From NCBI GenBank assembly GCA_015059065.1, contig SVBE01000001.1:133905-197904 (forward strand): a stretch of DNA of 64,000 bases. Direction: 5' to 3'. Both the position numbers and the translations under genes were made by a program. Position 1 is the stretch's first letter; each line of letters opens with the position of its first letter. The notes below the pieces were generated by a model. It was not told the origin of the DNA. It did not search any database and saw only the letters and a program-made list of their open reading frames with translations. This stretch comes from Erysipelotrichaceae bacterium (GTDB taxonomy: Bacteria; Bacillota_I; Bacilli_A; RFN20; CAG-826). This document shows positions 39,657-49,492 of the stretch, piece by piece.

Positions 39657-40267
39657 CACAGAAAGAAAGAATGTTAAAAGGAATGCTTTATGATAGTGGA
39701 GAAGAAGAATTAGTGAATCTTCGTACTCGCTGTCATAAATTATGCCGTGAATATAATAATTTAGATGATACTGATCCAAGAAGAAAACAAATATTAAAAG
39801 AATTTGGTTTTGATGAATCTATTTATCTACAAGGACCGATATATTTTGACTACGGCATTTTCACTCATATTGGAAAGAATACTTATGCGAATTTCAACCT
39901 CACTGTTTTAGATACTTGCCCTGTAAACATCGGTAACAATGTCTTTATTGGTACTGGTGTATCAATAGTGACACCTCTTCATCCATATTGCCCTGATGAT
40001 AGAAATATGTATTTCAGTGAAGAAAAAGGACGAATGATGAATAAGGAATACGGTAAGCCTATCACTATAGGTGATAACTGTTGGCTATGTTCTAATGTGA
40101 CCGTCACTGGTGGAGTAAATATTGGTGAAGGCTGCATCATTGGTGCGGGTTCAGTAGTGACCCACGATATTCCTCCCTTTTCTTTAGCGGCAGGTAATCC
40201 CTGCAAAGTCATTAGAAAGATAAATGCACAAGATCATCAATTATTTAAGGAAATGGATCAAGAATAA
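39653..40267 (+). CDS. Maltose/galactoside O-acetyltransferase (left-handed beta-helix)
   Basis: An N-terminal Mac-type region (ERMLKGMLYD) plus hexapeptide repeats (IGDNCWLCSNVTVTGGVNIGEGCIIGAGSVV). Confidence 0.8.
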   Translation: MTQKERMLKGMLYDSGEEELVNLRTRCHKLCREYNNLDDTDPRRKQILKEFGFDESIYLQGPIYFDYGIFTHIGKNTYANFNLTVLDTCPVNIGNNVFIGTGVSIVTPLHPYCPDDRNMYFSEEKGRMMNKEYGKPITIGDNCWLCSNVTVTGGVNIGEGCIIGAGSVVTHDIPPFSLAAGNPCKVIRKINAQDHQLFKEMDQE

Positions 40268-40282
40268 ATCTATAATATAACT

Positions 40283-41251
40283 ATGTTATATATCGTATAT
40301 GGTAGTCAATCAGCATTAGTGAGATCTCGCATCAAGAAGATATGCCAAGAAGAAGTTGGCGAACTTGATGAGATGAATTATGTGCGTTTCTCTTATCCAG
40401 AGAACTCTATTTTTGAAGTTCTTGATGAGGCGAGTTATGTCCCTCTTGGATATGATAAGAAAGTAATTGTCTATAGCGATTTTTCCTTATTAGGAAAAGT
40501 GGATAAAAAGACCAAGGAATCAGATCAATATAAAGCTCTATTATCTTACTTAAAATCTCCAAATGAACAAACGACATTAGTCTTCTCTTTATATGAAGAT
40601 AAAATCGATGATAAAAATGAGATTGTCTCCCTCATTAAAGATAATGGGACAGTGATATCTCGTCCTCTTCCTAATGAAATTGAATGGAAAGAACTAGTCG
40701 CGAGATTTATTAAAGAAAAAGCAGGTGGGGCGAGTATTGACCGCGATGCTTTAATTGAACTCGCAAATAGAACGTACTGCGATGTTGACCTTATGCGTAA
40801 TAGCGCGAAGAAACTCGCTTTATATACTAACCATATCACTCATCAAGATGTGGTATTGATGGTGGAAAGACCATTAGAAGAAAATGTCTTCCAGATTTTT
40901 AACGCGTTATTAGACGGCAAAAACGGAGTTGCCCTTCGCATCTATCGAGATTTAAGGGTTAAGGGAGTAGAACCAGTCAGTTTAGTGACGACTTTATCTA
41001 ACCAGCTTAGAACGTTTTCCATGGTCCATTATTTAACTAAAAACAATTATTCAATCAAAGGAATAAGCGAAGAATTAGGAATCAATGAAATCAGAGCGAA
41101 GATTCTTTCCCGCCAAGTTTATAATATGAAAGAAAATGCGATTAAAAGAGCATTTGATGAATTATATAATTTGGATTACCAAATTAAAAGCGGCCAAGTA
41201 GACCGCTTCTATGCTTTTGAATTATTTCTAGCAAATTTTAAAGTACGATAA
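40283..41251 (+). CDS. holA: DNA polymerase III delta subunit
   Basis: Its size, its position between comEC and rpsT, and the clamp-loader delta-like N-terminus support the call. Confidence 0.75.
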   Translation: MLYIVYGSQSALVRSRIKKICQEEVGELDEMNYVRFSYPENSIFEVLDEASYVPLGYDKKVIVYSDFSLLGKVDKKTKESDQYKALLSYLKSPNEQTTLVFSLYEDKIDDKNEIVSLIKDNGTVISRPLPNEIEWKELVARFIKEKAGGASIDRDALIELANRTYCDVDLMRNSAKKLALYTNHITHQDVVLMVERPLEENVFQIFNALLDGKNGVALRIYRDLRVKGVEPVSLVTTLSNQLRTFSMVHYLTKNNYSIKGISEELGINEIRAKILSRQVYNMKENAIKRAFDELYNLDYQIKSGQVDRFYAFELFLANFKVR

Positions 41252-41258
41252 TAAATGA

Positions 41259-41525
41259 TTAAGCTTCTAATGAGTTAATTAAACGGGCAACTGTGCTTTT
41301 TTGTCTCGCTGCAGTGTTGGCGTGTTGAATACCATCAGAGACACTCTTGTCGATTAAAGAATAAGCTCTTAATGATGCTTCTTTTGCTTTTGCTGCGTCT
41401 TTAGCTTCGACTGCTAATTTGACCTTTTTGATTTCGGATCTGATAGCACTCTTAGCGGATTTATTTCTGAGACGTGCTTTTTCGTTTGTTTTGTTGCGTT
41501 TAATTTGACTTTTAATATTTGCCAT
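41259..41525 (-). CDS. rpsT: 30S ribosomal protein S20
   Basis: MANIKSQIKRNKTNEKARLRNKS is the S20 N-terminus. Confidence 0.95.
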   Translation of the reverse strand: MANIKSQIKRNKTNEKARLRNKSAKSAIRSEIKKVKLAVEAKDAAKAKEASLRAYSLIDKSVSDGIQHANTAARQKSTVARLINSLEA

Positions 41526-41556
41526 TTTTCTACCTCTTTTTTAAGCGTCGCTTGTT

Positions 41557-41584
41557 ATATTACCATAAATGAAACATAATGCAA
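41557..41584 (-). promoter_or_regulatory. Putative rpsT promoter (-35 TTGCAT, 16-nt spacer, TGG-TAATAT extended -10)
   Basis: Read on the minus strand, 30-60 nt upstream of the rpsT start. Confidence 0.4.
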
Positions 41585-41596
41585 ATAATATTTGTA

Positions 41597-43615
41597 TTAG
41601 TTTTTGTGCTTTTTGTTCTTTAATTCGTCAATTTCTTCAACGACATCGAGAACACAAGTGAGTTTACCGTACTTATTTTCTGGGATTGTCACCTTGAACT
41701 TTTCATTCACTTTTTGCATGAGTTCAACATAGTTCATGGAGTCACCACCTAAGTCATTGATCCAGTGAGCATCATTCTCAATTTTGAATAATGGGAGGAT
41801 TAAGACTTCAGAGAATAATTCTCTTACTCCATCAAGATATTTATCTAATACTTCTTGTGGAATCTTTTTGCTGACTTTGACATTTTGTTTACCGTCAAGA
41901 GAGATATAATCTTTAGAACCCGCTTCAATCGCTTTTTTCACTTGATAACGTTTGACTTTCATATTGTTAGCGAGTGGAAGTTTATTACGAGCGAAATAGA
42001 GTTCTTCAATCTTCACCCCATGTGGTAAATCTTCTTCGATTTTCTTAACCTTTTCTTTTAACTCTTTAATCTCTTCTTCTTTGATGTGGTTATCAACTTC
42101 TAAAACGAGAACGACAGCTTCATCAGTGGAACCTTCTTTTTGTTTACCAAAGATACAAATCTTGTTGACGTTATTGAGGTTTTGGAAATACATTTCCAAT
42201 TCATCAGGGAAGATGTTCTCACCATTCGCATTGACGATGACGTCTTTCATACGGCCTCTGATATAGTATCTACCTGTGGCATCGACTTCGGCGATATCAC
42301 CAGTGTGGAAATAACCTTCTTCATCGACAGAAGATTTGGAGAGTTTTCCGCCGATAATCTCTTTGATGTGGACAGCTTTACTTCTGACAAGAAGTTCGCC
42401 TTTACCAGTTCCAGAATCATCTTCTTTAATCTTATATTCCACTCCATGAAGTGGCTTACCGATTGAGCATTTTAATCTGTCATCAACGTTTGGTGATAAT
42501 TCAACAGATGTCACACCGATCTCAGTCATGCCGTATCCGTTATATAAGTTATAGCCGATACCATTGATAATAGTGGCAGTGTGGTTATTAAGATACCCAC
42601 CTCCTGAGATACAGTATCTGACGTGGCTACCAATGATATTCTTTTGAATCTTCTTTAAAGCGATGCGGCTCGCGCCTAAACCCGCTTCTTTCTTATCGAT
42701 TTTACCAGTATGGTAACCGATCATCTTATCGAGAACTTCTTGCTTTTGTGGAGTTTGCATTGCTTTCTTTCTCTCTAAGGCAGTAGCGATGCCATCCCAG
42801 AATAGTGGGACAGAGAAGACGTGAGTGACTTTTCTCTTCACACATAATCCTAAGAGGTCTTTCGTGCTATTGGAGGCTGGGAAGACCAATGTCTTACCAT
42901 AGAATGTGAACCAGAGGAAGACAGCGACGAAACCAAAGATGTGATGAAGTGGAATCATCGCGAGAATCTTGAGCTTGCCGAGCTTTCTAGGATACATCAA
43001 ATCAACTGTTGTATCGCCCATGTCTAAGGATTCAGCGATTTGGTTGATGAGGTTTTCTCCGTTATAGACCATGAGCTTAACGTCCCCAGTAGTACCGCTG
43101 CTACAGAAGATGACTTCATTTTCCCAAGTTGGGGTGAATGAATAATTATGAGTTTCTTCGACGATATCATAAATCGATAATTTGTTTATTGAGTATATAT
43201 ACATATCATCGGTGACAATCGCGATAGCATTAGTTTGTTTTAAAAGGTTTTCTGTGCCTTCTTTAGAAGTTTTAGCATCGATTAATAGTGGTTTATAACC
43301 AGACATTAAGATTGCCCAGAACATCTCACACCAACGTGGACAGTTCGCGACTTTTAAACCGATGACTCTATTTTTTGGTTGTTGATATAAAAGAGAGGAA
43401 ATCGCACTGGCGAATTCAAAGGCGTGCTTACGATATTTGGAATAGCGATAATGTCTAATCTTGCCATTATCATTGGTATATTCCATTGCGACAGAATGGA
43501 GATTTCTCTGGGTGGAGAAATTAAAGATGTCCTCCATCCTTAGGGATGTGCCGAATAATTCTTTGGCGCTTGCGAGATATTCTTTTGCTAATTTATGTTG
43601 CTTTTCAATTTTCAT
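41597..43615 (-). CDS. AMP-forming adenylation enzyme fused to a C-terminal acyl/peptidyl carrier domain (A-T didomain)
   Basis: SSGTTGDVKLMV, GYGMTE, YFHTGDIAEVD, GRMKDVIVNANGENIFPDELE and a terminal K are present. The carrier motif is NDLGGDSMNYVEL. Confidence 0.8.
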   Translation of the reverse strand: MKIEKQHKLAKEYLASAKELFGTSLRMEDIFNFSTQRNLHSVAMEYTNDNGKIRHYRYSKYRKHAFEFASAISSLLYQQPKNRVIGLKVANCPRWCEMFWAILMSGYKPLLIDAKTSKEGTENLLKQTNAIAIVTDDMYIYSINKLSIYDIVEETHNYSFTPTWENEVIFCSSGTTGDVKLMVYNGENLINQIAESLDMGDTTVDLMYPRKLGKLKILAMIPLHHIFGFVAVFLWFTFYGKTLVFPASNSTKDLLGLCVKRKVTHVFSVPLFWDGIATALERKKAMQTPQKQEVLDKMIGYHTGKIDKKEAGLGASRIALKKIQKNIIGSHVRYCISGGGYLNNHTATIINGIGYNLYNGYGMTEIGVTSVELSPNVDDRLKCSIGKPLHGVEYKIKEDDSGTGKGELLVRSKAVHIKEIIGGKLSKSSVDEEGYFHTGDIAEVDATGRYYIRGRMKDVIVNANGENIFPDELEMYFQNLNNVNKICIFGKQKEGSTDEAVVLVLEVDNHIKEEEIKELKEKVKKIEEDLPHGVKIEELYFARNKLPLANNMKVKRYQVKKAIEAGSKDYISLDGKQNVKVSKKIPQEVLDKYLDGVRELFSEVLILPLFKIENDAHWINDLGGDSMNYVELMQKVNEKFKVTIPENKYGKLTCVLDVVEEIDELKNKKHKN

Positions 43616-44213
43616 TTTTTCTTTTGCTCCTTATCTCTTTGAGTTCCTGTTCAATCTTGGCGAGTTCTTGTTCTAATTCCTCGATTTCATTAACAGGTGG
43701 TATCTCCTCTTCAAGAGGTTGTTCTTCTTTTTGTATTTCGTTTAGATAAACATGATATCTTTTCAGTATTTTATGATTTTCAAATCCATATAATTTCACA
43801 TCGATGAGCTTATCATTCATATCGAGGACCATATATGTGGATCCAAATTCACTTCGTGGATAGGCGATTGAGCCAGGGTTGATAAAAGCTACCCCTTTTC
43901 TTTTCACGCATTCGGGGACATGAGTGTGCCCGTAGATATAGACTTTGACATCCTTTTCTTCTAATTTCTTCGCTGTAATTTCTTTCTTATGACGCATTAA
44001 AATGTTCCCAAAAGGAGTGGGAATTAATAATTCTTCTTGCATATCGAAAGAGTAGTCACAGTTGCCGCGAACAGTGCGGAATGGATAGATGCTGCGTGGG
44101 TGAGATTCGGAATCGCCAGCATGAAGGTATAAATCGACATTTGGCCATTTTGCGATGAGCTCATCAACAGCGTCGCTATTACCATGACTATCGGATATTA
44201 ATAAAATTCTCAT
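43605..44213 (-). CDS. YfcE/MJ0936-type metallophosphoesterase with a coiled-coil-like acidic tail
   Basis: ISDSHGN, AGDS, GNCD and GHTH are present. It overlaps the downstream A-T gene by 11 nt. Confidence 0.85.
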   Translation of the reverse strand: MRILLISDSHGNSDAVDELIAKWPNVDLYLHAGDSESHPRSIYPFRTVRGNCDYSFDMQEELLIPTPFGNILMRHKKEITAKKLEEKDVKVYIYGHTHVPECVKRKGVAFINPGSIAYPRSEFGSTYMVLDMNDKLIDVKLYGFENHKILKRYHVYLNEIQKEEQPLEEEIPPVNEIEELEQELAKIEQELKEIRSKRKNEN

Positions 44214-44305
44214 ATCATATAAATGATAAAAGAAAATTGGCCATTATTTCAATAATTTACTTATTATTGATGATTTTTTATATAGTTTTTTGTAAAATGA
44301 CTAGG

Positions 44306-45247
44306 ATGAATAACGCGAAAGAGATCAAAATTCTATTTATGGGCACCCCAGAAATCGCCGCGGGTGTTTTAGAGAAACTCATTTTATGCGGTTATAACAT
44401 CGTCGGAGTTGTTTCTCAACCTGATCGACCAGTAGGAAGAAAGAAATTATTATTACCCACGCCGACAAAAGAAGTGGCTTTAAAATATAACATTCCTTGT
44501 TATCAAGTGGAGAAGATTAGAAAAGAATTTGACTTTGTCAATGAGATTAATCCTGATTTAATCTTAACTCTTGCTTATGGACAAATTATTCCTCAAGCTC
44601 TCATCGATATTCCGCGTTTTGGATGTTTGAATCTTCATGGTTCTTTACTTCCAAAATATCGTGGGGCCGCGCCAATCCAATACGCTTTAATCAATAATGA
44701 TAAAATCACAGGAATGTCCCTTATGGAAATGAACGATAAGATGGATGAGGGAAAAGTGTATGCGACTAACGTCATCGATATTGATGAAGATGATAATGCG
44801 ACTAGCTTATTCATGAAGATGGGAGAAGCGGCATTTGAACTCGTCAATGACTGTTTAGATGACTATCTTAACGGCAAACTTCCAGGAGAAGAACAAGATT
44901 CCTCTTTAGCGAGTTACTGCCCAACTATTAAAAAAGAAGAAGAGAAATTGAATTTTAATGATTCAGTAACAAGAATGTATGGTTATATTCGCGCGTTAAG
45001 CGATGAACCAGGAGCGTATTTAATTCATCAAGAAGAGACGATTAAAATATTTAAAGCGAAGATTGTTTCCTATGACATTAAAGGTCAATTAGGTGAAATA
45101 TTACAAATCGATAAAAATGGGATACTTTTACAGTGTAAAGATGGTATCCTCTCCCTTATTGAACTACAAAAGCAAGGGAAGAAGAGAATGGGATATAAAG
45201 ATTTCGCGAATGGCAATGTCTCTTTATTACATCAAATATTGAAATGA
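44306..45247 (+). CDS. fmt: Methionyl-tRNA formyltransferase
   Basis: ILFMGTPEIAA and HGSLLPKYRGAAPIQ are present. An internal ATG (44297 or 44306) is preferred to the hydrophobic track extension. Confidence 0.9.
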   Translation: MNNAKEIKILFMGTPEIAAGVLEKLILCGYNIVGVVSQPDRPVGRKKLLLPTPTKEVALKYNIPCYQVEKIRKEFDFVNEINPDLILTLAYGQIIPQALIDIPRFGCLNLHGSLLPKYRGAAPIQYALINNDKITGMSLMEMNDKMDEGKVYATNVIDIDEDDNATSLFMKMGEAAFELVNDCLDDYLNGKLPGEEQDSSLASYCPTIKKEEEKLNFNDSVTRMYGYIRALSDEPGAYLIHQEETIKIFKAKIVSYDIKGQLGEILQIDKNGILLQCKDGILSLIELQKQGKKRMGYKDFANGNVSLLHQILK

Positions 45248-47583
45248 GATTGAAATTAAGCGTTCATCAACTAGTGGATTTTTTATTACGAGAAGGCGAT
45301 ATCGATTCTCGTATTTTTTCTCGTTCGACGATGAATGAAGGAACAGAGATCCATTCTCGTTATCAAGCTAGCCAAAATAGTGCCTATCTCTCTGAATATC
45401 CATTGATGACCGATTTAGTGGTCGATGATATTGAAGTGAGCATTGAAGGACGCGCGGACGGAATCATCAAAAATGGACCAGAAGATTATATCATCGATGA
45501 GATCAAATCGACGGTCGCTCCTTTAGAGGAGTTCTATGAGAGCAATAAGAATTGGCATCTCGGTCAAGCGAAAGTATATGGCTATATGTTCTTAAAAGAA
45601 CAACGTTATGATCATATCGGTATTAGACTTACATATATTCGTCAAGGTGAAGAAAGTGAGAAGAAGATTTATGATTTCTCTTTTTCCTATCTTGAGCTTG
45701 AACAATTCGTCATCGATTTAGTCAGTGAATATCTTGATTTCTATCGCTTAATCTCCTCTTTAAGAGAAAAAAGAAATGAATTTATCAAAGCTTTACCTTT
45801 TCCCTTTGCTAAAACTAGAGGTGGACAGCAGAAATTATCTAAATATTGTTATGGGATCGCTGTTAAGGGCGGTAAATTATTTGTCGAAGCCCCAACGGGT
45901 ATTGGTAAAACAGTTTCCACATTATTTCCTTATGTAAAATCGCTTCCTTTAGATGATGAAGCGAAAATCTTTTATTTGACCGCGAAGAATAGTGGCAAAG
46001 AAGCCGCGGAGAAATGCATGGATATCATCGATGGTAAATCTGGGAATATATCCTATATCAATATCACCGCGAAAGAGAAGATCTGTTTATGTAAAGGCAA
46101 AGCCTGCAACCCTGATGAATGTCCATACACTAAAGGGTATTATTCCAAGATTGCTAATGTTATTAAATATAGTTTATTCACCTATCATAAATTCGATTAT
46201 CATACAGTTTTAAATATTGCCGAAGAATTTATGGTCTGCCCATTTGAACTGGAATTAGATTTATCTAATTATATCGATGTAATCATCTGCGACTATAACT
46301 ACGTATTTGATCCAATATCATATTTAAAAAGATATATGGATGAATCTAGAGAACATTATCTTTTATTAGTGGATGAGGCGCATAATTTAGTGGACCGTTC
46401 AAGGAGCATGTACAGCGAATCTTTAAAAGAAGAAGATTTCATCAAGATGAAGAAATCACTTCGTAAAAAGCCACTTAAGAGATTAAAGGCTAATTTTGCT
46501 AAACTCTCTAAGCGATTCAACGCTTTAAAAGATGAATATAATCAGGAATATAACCTCATCTCATCAATAGATGATCTCACATATCGCATTCTTAATCGTT
46601 TCATCGATATCATGAATGAAATCAATAAAATGGAGAGCAAAGAAATCACTCCTGAACTTCAAGATTTCTTCTTCAATGTGAATAGATTTCTAAAGATTTA
46701 TGAACTGAGCAATGATTCCTTTATCATCTTTATCCATAAAGTTGGGGACTTAATATCTATTAATATCTCTTGTTTAGATGCTTCTAAATTCTTAAAAGGG
46801 ATCGCGAATAGTGTAAAAGGAGTCACCTATTTCTCAGCGACTTTATCGCCTATTGATTATTATGTCCAAACTTTAGGAGGAGAAAGGCATTTAGAACCTG
46901 TTTTATTCCTTCCTTCTCCATTTAAAAAAGAAAACTTAAAAATATATACATGTCCAAAAGTGTCTGTGAAATATAGAAATAGAGAACAAACATATGAACT
47001 CGTCGCAGACTATTTAAAGACTTTTATCGAAGGTAAGATTGGTAATTATCTCATCTATTTACCGAGCTATGATTATCTTGATAACCTTCAAAAGGTTATA
47101 GATCTTCCATTAAACGTCGATATCTATTATCAAAACCGCGAGATGAACGACATTGATAAAGAAGAATTTTTATCGCATTTCGTCGACTCTCCCACTAAGA
47201 CCACGGTTGGCTTTGCGGTTATCGGTGGGGCTTTTGGAGAAGGGATTGATCTCGTCAGCGATCGTTTAATTGGAGTAGCTATCATCGGTATAGGGATGCC
47301 GCGTATCAATTTCATCTCCGATCAAATAAGAGATTATTATAATGAAAATGAACTCGATGGCTATAATTACGCGTATGTATACCCAGGTATGAATAAGGTG
47401 ATGCAGGCGATTGGAAGAGTCATCAGAGATGAAAATGATCGTGGAGCGGTCCTATTAATCGATGAGAGATATGCCTTAAATGAATACCGCGACCTCTTTA
47501 GAAGTGAATGGGATGAATATGAAATGATTTTATCGACTGATGAACTTCGTCAATCTTTACAAGATTTCTATGAAGAAAAATGA
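45244..47583 (+). CDS. PD-(D/E)xK (RecB/Cas4-type) nuclease domain fused to a DinG/XPD-type Fe-S helicase
   Basis: The N-terminus has GTEIH, EGRADGI, IIDEIKS and QAKVYGY. The helicase has APTGIGKT, a Cys cluster (CLCKGKACNPDEC..CPFE) and VDEAHN. Its ATG overlaps the fmt stop. Confidence 0.8.
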   Translation: MRLKLSVHQLVDFLLREGDIDSRIFSRSTMNEGTEIHSRYQASQNSAYLSEYPLMTDLVVDDIEVSIEGRADGIIKNGPEDYIIDEIKSTVAPLEEFYESNKNWHLGQAKVYGYMFLKEQRYDHIGIRLTYIRQGEESEKKIYDFSFSYLELEQFVIDLVSEYLDFYRLISSLREKRNEFIKALPFPFAKTRGGQQKLSKYCYGIAVKGGKLFVEAPTGIGKTVSTLFPYVKSLPLDDEAKIFYLTAKNSGKEAAEKCMDIIDGKSGNISYINITAKEKICLCKGKACNPDECPYTKGYYSKIANVIKYSLFTYHKFDYHTVLNIAEEFMVCPFELELDLSNYIDVIICDYNYVFDPISYLKRYMDESREHYLLLVDEAHNLVDRSRSMYSESLKEEDFIKMKKSLRKKPLKRLKANFAKLSKRFNALKDEYNQEYNLISSIDDLTYRILNRFIDIMNEINKMESKEITPELQDFFFNVNRFLKIYELSNDSFIIFIHKVGDLISINISCLDASKFLKGIANSVKGVTYFSATLSPIDYYVQTLGGERHLEPVLFLPSPFKKENLKIYTCPKVSVKYRNREQTYELVADYLKTFIEGKIGNYLIYLPSYDYLDNLQKVIDLPLNVDIYYQNREMNDIDKEEFLSHFVDSPTKTTVGFAVIGGAFGEGIDLVSDRLIGVAIIGIGMPRINFISDQIRDYYNENELDGYNYAYVYPGMNKVMQAIGRVIRDENDRGAVLLIDERYALNEYRDLFRSEWDEYEMILSTDELRQSLQDFYEEK

Positions 47584-47601
47584 TAAATTATAGAATTAGT
47601 T

Positions 47602-49416
47602 ATGGAAATAAAGCAGGACAAAATTAGAAACTTCTCAATTATCGCCCACATCGATCACGGTAAATCCACCCTTGCGGACCGTATTTTAGAACGCACTGGT
47701 GTGGTGACTGCCAGAGAGATGAAAGACCAAATTCTCGATTCGATGGATTTAGAAAGAGAAAGAGGAATCACCATTAAACTCAACTCTGTAACCTTATCCT
47801 ACAAAGCTAAAGATGGAGAAGATTATATTTTCAATCTTATAGACACTCCAGGGCACGTTGACTTCTCTTATGAAGTATCGCGTTCATTGGCGGCTTGTGA
47901 AGGAGCGATTTTAGTAGTGGATGCCTCTCAAGGGGTAGAAGCGCAGACTCTCGCAAACTGCTATCTAGCAGTGGATAATGATTTAGAGATTGTCCCAGTC
48001 ATCAACAAAATTGATCTTCCAAGCGCTCAACCAGATAGAGTGAAAGCGGAGATTGAAAAGCGTATCGGCGTTCCTGCTGATAATGCTTTATTAGTGTCTG
48101 CAAAGACTGGCTTAGGCATCGATGAATTATTAGAAGCCATCGTGAAATATGTTCCTGCCCCTAACGGTAATCCAAATAGTCCATTAAAAGCTTTAATCTT
48201 TGATTCATATTATGATTCTTATCGTGGAGTAGTGATGCTCGTAAGAATCAAAGAAGGAAAAGTTAAGGTAGGAGATAAAATCTCCTTGATGCAGGCTAAT
48301 AAACAATATATCGTCACTGAACTTGGCATTAGAACGATTCAAGAAATCCCGGTTAAGGAATTAACCACGGGTCAAGTGGGATATATCTGCGCTCAGATAA
48401 AAGACATCAGAGATGTCCGTCCAGGTGATACTGTGACTCACACCGATGAACCATGTAAAGAAGCTCTTCCAGGATATCGTTTGATCAATCCAATGGTCTA
48501 CTGTGGTTTATACCCCGTTGATAGTGATGATTATAACGATTTGAAGGATGCTTTAGAGAAACTATGTTTAAACGACGCTTCTTTGCAATATCAAGCTGAA
48601 ACTAGCCAAGCCCTTGGTTTTGGCTTTAGATGTGGCTTTTTGGGCCTTTTACATATGGACATTATCCAAGAGAGAATTGAAAGGGAGTTTGGTTTAGGTT
48701 TAATCTTGACCGCGCCAAGCGTTATCTATCATGTCAATTTGACAGATGGGACAACCATCAACATTGATAACCCTTCTGCTCTTCCAGATGCAACGCGTAT
48801 TTCTTCTATAGAAGAACCGTATGTAAAAGCTGAGATTATGACCCCAAAAGAATATGTGGGAGCGATCATGCAGCTCTGTCAAGAGAGAAGAGGAATCTAT
48901 CTCGATTTAGAATATTTTGATGATACGAGAATGATTCTTCGTTATGAACTACCTCTCAGTGAAATTGTTTACAATTTCTTTGATAGACTTAAAAGCTGCA
49001 CGAAAGGATATGCTTCTTTCGATTATGATTTCTCTGATTATAAAGTGGGGCAATTACAAAAACTCGATATCTTATTAAATGGACAAGTTGTTGATGCTTT
49101 AAGTAGCATCGTCTATAAACCTGATGCTTATCATCGTGGTCTTGGCATAATTCGTAGAATTAAAGAAGTGATTCCTCGTCAGCAATTTGAGATCCCAATT
49201 CAAGCAGCGATTGGCAATAAAGTAATCGCCCGCGTGGATGTTAAAGCTGTGCGTAAAGATGTCTTAGCCAAGTGTTATGGTGGTGATATCTCTCGTAAGA
49301 AAAAGCTTTTAGAGAAGCAAAAAGAGGGCAAAAAGAGAATGAAGAAAGTCGGTTCTGTGGAAGTACCGCAAGAAGCATTCATGTCAGTACTCTCTATTGA
49401 AGATACAGAAGATTAG
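47602..49416 (+). CDS. lepA: Elongation factor 4
   Basis: [28 protein letters not shown] and NKIDL are present, along with the LepA C-terminal region. Confidence 0.97.
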   Translation: MEIKQDKIRNFSIIAHIDHGKSTLADRILERTGVVTAREMKDQILDSMDLERERGITIKLNSVTLSYKAKDGEDYIFNLIDTPGHVDFSYEVSRSLAACEGAILVVDASQGVEAQTLANCYLAVDNDLEIVPVINKIDLPSAQPDRVKAEIEKRIGVPADNALLVSAKTGLGIDELLEAIVKYVPAPNGNPNSPLKALIFDSYYDSYRGVVMLVRIKEGKVKVGDKISLMQANKQYIVTELGIRTIQEIPVKELTTGQVGYICAQIKDIRDVRPGDTVTHTDEPCKEALPGYRLINPMVYCGLYPVDSDDYNDLKDALEKLCLNDASLQYQAETSQALGFGFRCGFLGLLHMDIIQERIEREFGLGLILTAPSVIYHVNLTDGTTINIDNPSALPDATRISSIEEPYVKAEIMTPKEYVGAIMQLCQERRGIYLDLEYFDDTRMILRYELPLSEIVYNFFDRLKSCTKGYASFDYDFSDYKVGQLQKLDILLNGQVVDALSSIVYKPDAYHRGLGIIRRIKEVIPRQQFEIPIQAAIGNKVIARVDVKAVRKDVLAKCYGGDISRKKKLLEKQKEGKKRMKKVGSVEVPQEAFMSVLSIEDTED

Positions 49417-49492
49417 TATAAAATTAGTAATTTTTTAGTAAATTATTGTTTTTAACAATTGCTTATTATAAACTGAATGTAGAGGTGATAAT

